From the NCBI GenBank assembly GCA_965215015.1, contig OZ244042.1:3808001-3872000 (forward strand): a DNA stretch of 64,000 bases, in the 5' to 3' direction. Source of the DNA: Candidatus Poribacteria bacterium. Lineage in GTDB: Bacteria > Poribacteria > WGA-4E > PCPOR2b. Positions 1 through 8,540 of the stretch are shown piece by piece. The position numbers and the translations under genes were made by a program. How positions within the stretch are numbered: the stretch's first letter is position 1; each line of letters begins with the position of its first letter. Under the pieces are notes generated by a model, which saw nothing but the letters and a program-made list of their open reading frames with translations, made no database searches and had not been told where the DNA came from.

Positions 1-249
1 CTCGCCTGTGAGTTGGAAAAGTAGGTCAATAGAGGTCCATTCTGCTGTCAGTGCCCTACCGCGATTCAGTTGCCCCTGTAGATCGTAGGCGTCAATAAAG
101 GCGTCGGCGGTATTTGATTCAAGGGCTAGCGTCCTTTCGCTTTGATAGCCGAGTATGTTGAGCAGATTTCGTGCATTTTCGGCGAGGTCCCCATCGGTGA
201 AGCGGTTTAGGACTTTCGTGATGGCGGATTTGTTTGGTGTGTTATTCAT
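1..249 (-). CDS. 5' end (runs off window) of probable type IIG/Eco57I-like fused restriction-modification enzyme
   Basis: Manual translation MNNTPNKSAITKVLNRFTDGDLAENARNLLNILGYQSERTLALESNTADAF...EWTSIDLLFQLTGE resembles the N-terminus of large Eco57I/TaqI-like RM proteins; ATG at 247-249. Confidence 0.55.
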   Translation of the reverse strand, partial: MNNTPNKSAITKVLNRFTDGDLAENARNLLNILGYQSERTLALESNTADAFIDAYDLQGQLNRGRALTAEWTSIDLLFQLTGE

Positions 250-305
250 AATGACGTCCCCAAAGGACTTTCCTGATGGCTTGATAAATTAGGATTATAT
301 ACACA

Positions 306-1508
306 TCAGGCAGAGCGGATGCGCTCGGTCAACTCGTCGTCAACGGTGATTGCCAAATGCCCCGCGGGCCCGATCATCCTGTTCACCATAATTGCCTCAA
401 GCTCCCTTTTCTCAAGCTCGGTCAGTTCCTCGACAAAGGGACCGTTGATAAATTCCTTGTACACACGACTGGTGTCCTTGAACGGCATGATGAACATCGG
501 GATGACCGCCTGCAACATAGCGGCGCGCTTATGCGGCGTACGGTTCACACCGGCGCGATGCCACGTCCGAGAATCGTAGACGATATAACTCCCCGGCGGT
601 GCCTCAACGACATCAGCCTCCGGTCCGGTATACGGTAAGCCTTTGGCTTCCCGATGCCCCGGTGCTTTGTTTGCGTTTCCGGTTCCCCACGCCACCGGCG
701 GCCCCTCGCCGCGTGCGTGTGACCCAAGCTTGAAACAGGTTGCGCCATTCTCCTTCCGAAATTCTGAGACGCACAGATTGCGCTGGACACCCATGACCAA
801 TCCATCAACCTGATGCACAGGTATCCGATTGGTTGCCCTGCCGGCAATGCCCCAGAGGTAAGGAAAATCGGAATGCCAGCCTTGGACGTTCCGTTTGCCG
901 TCGTCTTTGGGGAGTATGGCAAAGCCGGGCGAATGTCCGAGCCGAATCTCATCGATACCCATATATTGGCGCATCAACCACAGGGAGACAGGCTCCGTCG
1001 CGATTTTTGCGACCGCCGCACTCCGGAGCAGCGGCGCAACGCTCTGATCAAATTCTCCGCTTTCCCAACGACCTGTGCAGCTAATCTGCTCCAACTCCTC
1101 AAGGACATCGGGCGCGATGATCGACGGGATGCAGACCCAGCCGTTCTCCCGGAACGATTTCAGATATTCTGATGGCAGGTGTGCGGGGCCGTGCGCGGGG
1201 AGGAAGAGCGCGGCAACATCGCCAACCGTACCATCACCGGCGAGCCACTTTCCCTGATGCCGGAGGTAGGCTCCATCTTTAGAACGGGGGGATTCCACCT
1301 CAACGACGAGACCGGTCGCGACATGGCTATAGGCCTCCGCACCTTCGACGGTGTCCCATATCGCCTTATCGTCCACATAGTCAAAGGTCGCAAATCCATC
1401 ATCGGACGCGCCGAGGAAACCTCCATTGGGCGCGCGAAGTAAGATAAAGTGTGAGGACGGCTTTTCAACACGAGTAACGGTTTCCTGAAAAATTTCATCC
1501 TTTGGCAT
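306..1508 (-). CDS. Phytanoyl-CoA dioxygenase (PhyH) family 2OG-Fe(II) oxygenase with N-terminal extension
   Basis: WHSD (HxD), ENGAT..GSH, and WHRAGVNRT..R motifs. Confidence 0.85.
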   Translation of the reverse strand: MPKDEIFQETVTRVEKPSSHFILLRAPNGGFLGASDDGFATFDYVDDKAIWDTVEGAEAYSHVATGLVVEVESPRSKDGAYLRHQGKWLAGDGTVGDVAALFLPAHGPAHLPSEYLKSFRENGWVCIPSIIAPDVLEELEQISCTGRWESGEFDQSVAPLLRSAAVAKIATEPVSLWLMRQYMGIDEIRLGHSPGFAILPKDDGKRNVQGWHSDFPYLWGIAGRATNRIPVHQVDGLVMGVQRNLCVSEFRKENGATCFKLGSHARGEGPPVAWGTGNANKAPGHREAKGLPYTGPEADVVEAPPGSYIVYDSRTWHRAGVNRTPHKRAAMLQAVIPMFIMPFKDTSRVYKEFINGPFVEELTELEKRELEAIMVNRMIGPAGHLAITVDDELTERIRSA

Positions 1509-1559
1509 CGGGATTCCCTCCTAAAATAGCAGCGATGTAAACGCCGAAATTGCTGTGCC

Positions 1560-2780
1560 TTAGCCCTCGTCGAGGGCGTGCCCAAACCTTTGACGAAAGT
1601 CGTCATGGACCATCCCCTCATAACGGGTGATTTCTGTTATCGGGAGTTCGACAGGCATCATCCCCGAAAGCGAAGATTCATATAGCGCGATGCACATCTC
1701 CACATCTTTCCGTCCACCAACTCCATATTCTGGCTCACGGTCATATAGTGCCGCGTTGGCAATGCTTATGATTTCCTCTGCGGTCCCAACGTTCCAATCA
1801 TCTATCGCATATTCTCTGAACGGATTCTCATAGACAATCTGCGGCTCGGTGTGGACGACTATCCTTGACAGGACATCAACCCCATCGACGGTATGCCGCT
1901 CCCTTTCGATTGGGATATCCTTCATCTTGCCATCTACCATCGCACGCAGTGGGAAATCTGAGGTCCAGTAATCGGTGTGTGTGACCACCCCCTTTGTCCC
2001 CATAATCTGCCTGTATCGAATCGTTTCCTCACCGACCTGTGAGGCCTCATAGACTCCGACAGCGCCGCTTTCAAAATCGATCAGGGCATGGCCCCAATCT
2101 TCGTACACCCTATCGGGTATGGGGTCAAACTGCTTGGTAATCCCCGCTATCCGTTTCGGTTCGCTTTGGGCATACAACCGGATTTGAGACATCCGATGTA
2201 CCCCCATGTCAATACAGACGCCGGAGTGGGAGCCAAACGTCGAGACAGGGCGAGAGATTCCGCGCGGCTTTCCTGAACTGTGCACAAACTGTCTCCTTCG
2301 GGCAGACGGTTCGATAAAGTGCACCCGCATGATGTTACCAAGCACACCTTCCGCAATTAGCTTGATAAGGATTCGATCGCCCGGCATCCGGAAGTAGTTC
2401 TCTGCGACTTCAAAGTGGACGCCGTTTTTCTTACAGGCATTGATGATTACATCGCAGCAGGGAAGGGTAGGGGCCATCGGTTTTTCGACGATTGGGTGCA
2501 TTTTATGTTCTGCCACAATCTTCGCCACCGTGTGGTGTTCATAATCGCCGGTGCCGATGTCCACAACATCGATATCTCTGTGTTTCTCCAGCATCGCCTC
2601 AACATCGGTATAATATGGCAGGCTGTACTGTTGCCCAATCTCACTCGCTGTGGCTTCGTCGGTATCGCATACAGCGATGAAATTCAGCTCTCCTTTTTTT
2701 GTCAACTCAGCGATGGTTGGCAGATGCCAGCGTTTCGCCACGGTGCCACAACCGACCGATGCAATGTTGGCTTTTCGCAT
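1560..2780 (-). CDS. Gfo/Idh/MocA oxidoreductase
   Basis: GCGTVA Rossmann motif, VEKPM, DMGVH. Confidence 0.9.
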   Translation of the reverse strand: MRKANIASVGCGTVAKRWHLPTIAELTKKGELNFIAVCDTDEATASEIGQQYSLPYYTDVEAMLEKHRDIDVVDIGTGDYEHHTVAKIVAEHKMHPIVEKPMAPTLPCCDVIINACKKNGVHFEVAENYFRMPGDRILIKLIAEGVLGNIMRVHFIEPSARRRQFVHSSGKPRGISRPVSTFGSHSGVCIDMGVHRMSQIRLYAQSEPKRIAGITKQFDPIPDRVYEDWGHALIDFESGAVGVYEASQVGEETIRYRQIMGTKGVVTHTDYWTSDFPLRAMVDGKMKDIPIERERHTVDGVDVLSRIVVHTEPQIVYENPFREYAIDDWNVGTAEEIISIANAALYDREPEYGVGGRKDVEMCIALYESSLSGMMPVELPITEITRYEGMVHDDFRQRFGHALDEG

Positions 2781-2924
2781 AGACTAATCTCCTAAGTAAA
2801 AACTTGTAGCCCCTCTGTTAGGGCGTCTGTTAGGTTTCACCTAACAGCGGCTAACAGGTAGGCTTCAAGATTCTAACAAGCAGCTAACAAGCGTTCAGGT
2901 TATAACCTGATGAGGTATAAATCC

Positions 2925-3308
2925 TTATGTTTCATGTTGTGTTAAGTGGTCGATATGGTTCTGGTTGAGTTGTCGGATGCTCGCTTCTATCGGAGATAGC
3001 CGTTGATTGGTTTCGGCTTGCATGTCAGATCATCGTTGATTGGTATCATCAATGCGCTTGTTCGTTTCGTCCAATCGCTGGTTCAGGGTGCCGATGACTT
3101 CAACGAACCGCTTATCCATCCGATCTTCAAGCCGTTCAAGGGCGTGAAAGAATGTCTCGCCAAGCTTGTCAATTTTATCGTCGGTTTTGTCCTGGCGTTT
3201 CTCCAGCCTTGAGGTGCGATAGAACAAGATGGCCACCTGTCCTATGAAACCGAGGATAATAAAAAGTACAAGGACTGAGTGTGAGGGGCTCCATGACGCA
3301 AAGTCCAT
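2925..3308 (-). pseudogene. Small membrane-anchored coiled-coil protein with in-frame TGA at 3030-3032
   Basis: MDFASW + TM helix + coiled coil; frame stays open past TGA (SDMQAETNQRLSPIEASIRQLNQNHIDHLTQHET*), repeating the TNQR unit. Confidence 0.6.
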
Positions 3309-3595
3309 TTGTTGAGTTTCCTTTCTTTTCTCTGAAAAAGCTTCGGTGTTGCAAAGCCAACTGGCTAATCCCCCCCGCAAGCGGGGGGAGGGTAAGCAGA
3401 GCGGGCGACTCCTTTGGGATGATGCTGCCCGATCCATCGGGTGTTGAGAGGCACCTTCACCCACTATAGATCGCCGAGTATACCATGACTCTAGTGCTAT
3501 AGTCTTGACTCAACCGACTGACTATGAACATTGTGTGCCCTTTACTGCGTAAGTCCTAAATGTACTAATGAGCTCGTGAACGAAAGAACGCTTCT

Positions 3596-4636
3596 TTAAT
3601 GGACTACTCCGACTTGTTCACGCCACGCGTCCAACAGCCGCATGTTTGAAAGAGTGTCGTCCCAAGACATCGCGGGGGCTTGTCGGGCGTCAATGTGATT
3701 GGCGACCGTGTCCGCTTCGTAGGAGAAGAGGTCGCGGTCGGCAGGGACCTCAATCTCAGTGGATTCGTCACTCCCATGGGATTGGACGATAATCTTCGAT
3801 GAGGGGAAGGCGGTATCAAGGGGCAGCGGCTCTTTCGCACCGCGGCACGGTGATGAGGGCAGCCACGGATTGGGGATAGTGATCACCCCTTCCGAGCCGT
3901 AGATGGAGACACCCCTCCCAAGATTGCCCTCGACCGCAGCAATTATATCCGCGATGATATCATTTTCAAATCTAAGCGCAGCTGCGGCGACGTGGTCTAC
4001 CCCTGTGGGTCCCACTTTCCCAGTTGCTTTTATCACCGTTGGATGCAGAAATAGCTTCCCTTCCACAGCACCGGCGATGAGACGGACCACTGAGGCGGTA
4101 TAGCACCCAAGATCCAGGATACCGCCGCCGCCCATTTCGCGATTGTAAATCCGGCTTTGCGGGTTGAAACCGACCCGTCCGCCGAATGTTGCCCGAACCA
4201 CGTGTATATCGCCGATAATGCCGTCTTGTATGAGTTGAACCAGCCTCTGGATTTGCGGGTGGCAACGATACATAAAGGCTTCCATCAGGAATACATCGTT
4301 TTCTCGCGCTGCGTCAACCATCGCTGCGGCTTCGGTGTAGTTCATGCTAATCGGTTTCTCAACGAGGATGTGCTTGCCGGCTTCGGCGCACTTAATTGCC
4401 CACTCGGCGTGGAGTGGATGGATCGTTGCGATATAGATGGCATCGATTTCCTCGTCCTCCAGTAGTGCCTCGTAGCTGGTGTATTGTCGGGGGATACCAA
4501 AATCGCTGACTAGTTTGTCCATGCGGGCTTGCGTTCGGCTCGCCACCGCAAGAATTTGTCCGGAGTCAGTAAAACGCATCGCATTGCAGAATACGTAGGC
4601 GATGCCCCCGGCACTCATGACGCCCCAGTTTAACAT
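3596..4636 (-). CDS. Gfo/Idh/MocA oxidoreductase
   Basis: WGVMSAGGIA, GKHILVEKP, EAFMYRCHPQ, GGGILDLGCY. Confidence 0.92.
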   Translation of the reverse strand: MLNWGVMSAGGIAYVFCNAMRFTDSGQILAVASRTQARMDKLVSDFGIPRQYTSYEALLEDEEIDAIYIATIHPLHAEWAIKCAEAGKHILVEKPISMNYTEAAAMVDAARENDVFLMEAFMYRCHPQIQRLVQLIQDGIIGDIHVVRATFGGRVGFNPQSRIYNREMGGGGILDLGCYTASVVRLIAGAVEGKLFLHPTVIKATGKVGPTGVDHVAAAALRFENDIIADIIAAVEGNLGRGVSIYGSEGVITIPNPWLPSSPCRGAKEPLPLDTAFPSSKIIVQSHGSDESTEIEVPADRDLFSYEADTVANHIDARQAPAMSWDDTLSNMRLLDAWREQVGVVH

Positions 4637-4815
4637 GGGTTGTCTCCTAAGTAGGTTGTGTAGGTCAAGTTTCTAAAGCAGTTTTGACCTACGGGGCTTT
4701 TATGATTTTAGGGAATAGGCTTAAACCCACCACAGAGAACGCAGAGTTTTTTTATTTTTTCTCTGGGCCTCCTGATAAGATTGGCGCGATGGGCACAGCA
4801 CACGAATCGTGCGTA

Positions 4816-6012
4816 CTACTTTGCTGCTTCTTCTCGTTTGCTTGCAAGGGGGTGCATGATACCGGCACCGGGGGGCCAAACGCCCGACTCCGCCTTGATC
4901 CAGTCACACAACTTCTGGGCATGTGGTGTCAATGTTTTCCAGATTTCATGGGGCATGACTACCTTAAATCCGTCCCGCGTGCGCCAAGGGGCGGCATATT
5001 CGACGTTTGGCAGTGCCCTGACCTCCTTAGACAGGTTGGGGGTTGCACCGTGCCACGCTCGGTTATCGCGGAAAACGCCGGCACCGGCGGGGGCACCAAC
5101 GAGTGTTGAATGCCGCATCCAGTCGGGTTCATCGTCGCTTGACGGGGGCGGCTGTTGCGCGGCGTGCGTCCCCGGAATCTGACGAATAGGACCGTTCTCC
5201 CAAGTGAGGTCAGCCATCAGGAAGTTGATGGTCACCGTCGGCGGTGTCATCTCCATAATCAGTTTGATCGTCGGTACGTCAAGGTTTCCCGCACTGTCGG
5301 TATTGAACTCAACGCCGACTCGCCTCGCCTGCTCAAGGCGTGCTTCCGAGAGGTGCTGCCCGTCCTTACCATCGGAGTGTAGATGTTGGTACTCGATTGC
5401 ACCCGGCAGACAGAGGTCGCCCCCGGAACCCCAAACTCGGTAATCAGAAGAGCCGAAGATTTGCGTGACAATAGGTGTGGTTGTCGGCAGGTCAATCATG
5501 CTCGCCCAAGCGGGATGATGGAGCATCTGCCTTGAAGCGGAGCAGGTGCCGTAGCTATATCGGTGTGGCAGCCGTCCGGTTTCGGTCATGTATTTTCTTT
5601 CCTCCGGACCGGGGGTCTCTAAGATTTGTTTTAGTGCCTCGGCGCAGCCTGCTCTCCAACGCTCCAGCTGTTCCGCATTGAGCAGGTTCCGCACTACAAC
5701 GAAACCGTCTCGGCGGAAAATCCGAGCGGCGCGTTTAACCTGGATCGGATCACAGATTTCGAGACCGCGAATCCCGTTGTGTTCTCGGAGGTGCGCCCGT
5801 AGGGCTTCGACACCCGGATCCTCATACACTCGGTGCTTAGGAGATCGACTGTCGGGCACTGGCACCACCCCTCGATTGCTTGAGAGGAGGTTGCCATACT
5901 GGTCTAAGGTTTCATTGGGCGGAGTGTTTTCATCCCACCCCACCAGCGTTTCTTGATGGACCGTTAGGGTATCTAGCTCTGCTTGTAACTCTCGTTTCCT
6001 TGTTTCGGTCAT
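4816..6012 (-). CDS. Phytanoyl-CoA dioxygenase (PhyH) family protein
   Basis: FRRDGFVVV, QHLHSD, NGPIRQIPGTH, WHGATPN. Confidence 0.88.
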   Translation of the reverse strand: MTETRKRELQAELDTLTVHQETLVGWDENTPPNETLDQYGNLLSSNRGVVPVPDSRSPKHRVYEDPGVEALRAHLREHNGIRGLEICDPIQVKRAARIFRRDGFVVVRNLLNAEQLERWRAGCAEALKQILETPGPEERKYMTETGRLPHRYSYGTCSASRQMLHHPAWASMIDLPTTTPIVTQIFGSSDYRVWGSGGDLCLPGAIEYQHLHSDGKDGQHLSEARLEQARRVGVEFNTDSAGNLDVPTIKLIMEMTPPTVTINFLMADLTWENGPIRQIPGTHAAQQPPPSSDDEPDWMRHSTLVGAPAGAGVFRDNRAWHGATPNLSKEVRALPNVEYAAPWRTRDGFKVVMPHEIWKTLTPHAQKLCDWIKAESGVWPPGAGIMHPLASKREEAAK

Positions 6013-6038
6013 TGTTAAACCTCCTTATCTGCAATAAT

Positions 6039-6058
6039 GTCGAGATATGAATCTCGAC
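6039..6058. repeat. REP-like palindrome family 1 (GTCGAGATATGAATCTCGAC)
   Basis: Copies at 6039, 23973 (inverted), 28309, 46989 and a degenerate one at 33650; usually flanked by CTAC/GTAG. Confidence 0.85.
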
Positions 6059-6135
6059 CGACGGGAATCGGATTGGGCCAGTGAGACGGGACTTCCTTGT
6101 CCGACTACCCCCATGAACTCATGAACAACTGGTTT

Positions 6136-7236
6136 TCAGGTTTCACACTTTTCGCGTTTTGCACTTTCTTTTGACGTGAGCTTTCTATTTTCACACGCGT
6201 TAAGGATAAGTTTCAAAACCTCCTGCTGCTGTAACCAAGTGACGGTATGCGTCTCGTAAGGTTGTGCCGCTCCCGGATAGGGGGTAGGGTTCATCGCTAC
6301 GACAAGCTGGTCGCTCGGAAATACGACCACATAATGCCCGCCTGCGCCCCAAGCGGCATATCCCTCCCGTGGAAGGTGGGGCCAGAGTTTGCCCTTCTGA
6401 TTTGTCCAAAACCCATGTCCATATCGCCACATATTCTCAGGACTGTTCGCCAGAATATCCGGCGCGACTCCCGTTGCCTCTCGTAGCCAGCTTTCGGGAA
6501 TCACGGACTTCCCTTCCCAATGCCCCCAGTTGCACCAGAGCCAACCCAAACGTGCCAACGCTCGTAAGCTGGTGAGAATCGCGGAACCCCACCCAAAAAT
6601 GTGAAGTCGGGCTTTAGCGTGCATCCTCTGCGAGCCCGATGTATATTCCCAATCGGCACCAATCACATCAGCGATTCTCTCCTTGTAAAGTGGTGGAATC
6701 TTCGGTGATTCTTGTGGACAGTTGACATCATACAACCCATACGCTTTCTCGATGCAGTGGGAAAGCACACACATCCCATTGGTCTGGTAATTAAACACCT
6801 GTCCTGGTGCTTCACCCGGTTTCATATATCCCGACACATTGCAGATTAGATGTCGCAGCGTAATCCCACGATTCGCCTCAAACGCCCACCGCTCCTCTTT
6901 GGGGCCCTCACCCTCCGGCACATCCATCAACTCAGGATAGTAATCCACAGCGAGATCGTCGGCACTTCCGATTTTGCCTTCCTCAACCGCTATCCCCAGC
7001 ATACTGGATAGGATTGACTTATTGGCAGAGGCGATGTGATGCTTCGCTGCACTTGAGATATTATGGGTCCATTCCGCTACGAGATAGCCGTGCCGCACAA
7101 TCGCCACGCGATAGCTGTCATCCTTAAATTTTGAATCGAGCCACGCCTTGGCACAATTCAATTTCTCAGAATCCATCCCTACGTCGGCGGGGGAAGCGAT
7201 CTGCCACTCCGCTTTCGGAAATGTCTTATCTATCAT
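6136..7236 (-). CDS. Serine hydrolase, beta-lactamase/AmpC-like family
   Basis: SANK (SxxK), PGQVFNYQT, AWGAGG. Confidence 0.85.
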   Translation of the reverse strand: MIDKTFPKAEWQIASPADVGMDSEKLNCAKAWLDSKFKDDSYRVAIVRHGYLVAEWTHNISSAAKHHIASANKSILSSMLGIAVEEGKIGSADDLAVDYYPELMDVPEGEGPKEERWAFEANRGITLRHLICNVSGYMKPGEAPGQVFNYQTNGMCVLSHCIEKAYGLYDVNCPQESPKIPPLYKERIADVIGADWEYTSGSQRMHAKARLHIFGWGSAILTSLRALARLGWLWCNWGHWEGKSVIPESWLREATGVAPDILANSPENMWRYGHGFWTNQKGKLWPHLPREGYAAWGAGGHYVVVFPSDQLVVAMNPTPYPGAAQPYETHTVTWLQQQEVLKLILNACENRKLTSKESAKREKCET

Positions 7237-7276
7237 AAATGAACCTCTTTTCAATCTCTGCCGCCGCAAGTGCGAA

Positions 7277-8212
7277 CTATCCGAGCGTGATAACCCCTTT
7301 GATATAGCTGGGATCGCCCGCTATAAGCCGCCGCATCAAATCCGGGTACTCCTTCAGTGTCGCCGTATGCGTGACTAGCGGTTCAAGATCGAATACGCCG
7401 TTGTGTATCATTCGGATAGCAGCTTCAAAGGTATCCCGAATCTTCGCCGATGGTGATGAATTCACAATTGTAAATCCGCCCATGTGCCATTTGGTCGGAT
7501 CAAAGGTGGCAGTCTCCCCCTTGAGCCATCCGAACAGATTGATACGTCCACCTCTCTTGACAATATCGGTGGCAAGATCCAGGCCGCCCTGATTGCCGGA
7601 CGTATCTACAACTACATCAATCTCTCGCGCTTTCAGGTCTTCCGCAAGCTCACCCGTATCGATTTCAGTGGTGTTATAAACTTCGTCCACACCAAATTGC
7701 TTTGCCAAATCCAAACGGTTTTGCACGACATCAATCGCAATCAGCTGGTCAAGGGGGTGGTGCAGCAAACCCTGCATAATCAGCAAACCCATGAACCCAC
7801 AGCCAACGACAGCAATCCGATCCCCGCCTTTAATCTGGCAGTGATCGACTCCCGTGACCGCACAAGATACAGGCTCCACAATCCAGTATTCATCGGACTT
7901 TTCAGATTCTGGAATTTTGTACAGTCTTTCGGCGGATAGATTTCGCACCGTCGCAAAACCGCCTCCCGCAACGCGGTCGCCCTCTTTCACGCCGGTGACT
8001 TCCGCGCCCACCTTACTGACATAACCGACCCCCTCGTGTCCGGGCGGTGCCATGGGGTACATCTGATTACCCAGCTTGGCTGTCGCCAAGTCCCACGAAC
8101 AGATTCCGCACGCTCCCCCCATAATCTGCACTTCGCTTGCACCCGGATCGGGGACATCTTGTCCAAAAACCTCAATACGACCGTCAGACAAATACCGCAT
8201 TGTTTGACTCAT
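7277..8212 (-). CDS. Zinc-binding (MDR) alcohol dehydrogenase
   Basis: CGICSWD, GHEGVG, GCGFMG; AAGGAG RBS before ATG 8212. Confidence 0.9.
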   Translation of the reverse strand: MSQTMRYLSDGRIEVFGQDVPDPGASEVQIMGGACGICSWDLATAKLGNQMYPMAPPGHEGVGYVSKVGAEVTGVKEGDRVAGGGFATVRNLSAERLYKIPESEKSDEYWIVEPVSCAVTGVDHCQIKGGDRIAVVGCGFMGLLIMQGLLHHPLDQLIAIDVVQNRLDLAKQFGVDEVYNTTEIDTGELAEDLKAREIDVVVDTSGNQGGLDLATDIVKRGGRINLFGWLKGETATFDPTKWHMGGFTIVNSSPSAKIRDTFEAAIRMIHNGVFDLEPLVTHTATLKEYPDLMRRLIAGDPSYIKGVITLG

Positions 8213-8336
8213 GATTGTACTCCTTTTGAGTTTTTCCACCCTTTCCACGCCCTGAAGCAACTTTCTTACAATGTAGAAACCCAACTTGGGTTGAGTCGTT
8301 TTTTGAAATCGGTGCTGCTAATACCAAAGATACGCT

Positions 8337-8365
8337 ATCATATCACGGTCTTAACTCTTTTTCAA
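8337..8365 (-). promoter_or_regulatory. Sigma70-type promoter for the MDR/serine hydrolase genes
   Basis: TTGAAA-17bp-TATGAT on the minus strand. Confidence 0.5.
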
Positions 8366-8540
8366 GTTTGTCTAAGGTTTTTAGGAGCTTTCGGTGCGAG
8401 CCAATCGGATATGATTATTGGAACAGTGATAGGATAAATATCAACTAGCGTATAAGCCGTGCCTCCTTGAGCAGCCAATCGAATACAAACAGATGACCGT
8501 TGCTCAAGGCATGGAACCTTGGGAAAAAATAAGGAAATCG

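Noticed and set aside
3030-3032. Genome-wide TGA recoding or selenocysteine
   Set aside because: TGA terminates many clear genes here (gatA, ureF, pcm); no SECIS or redox motif context seen
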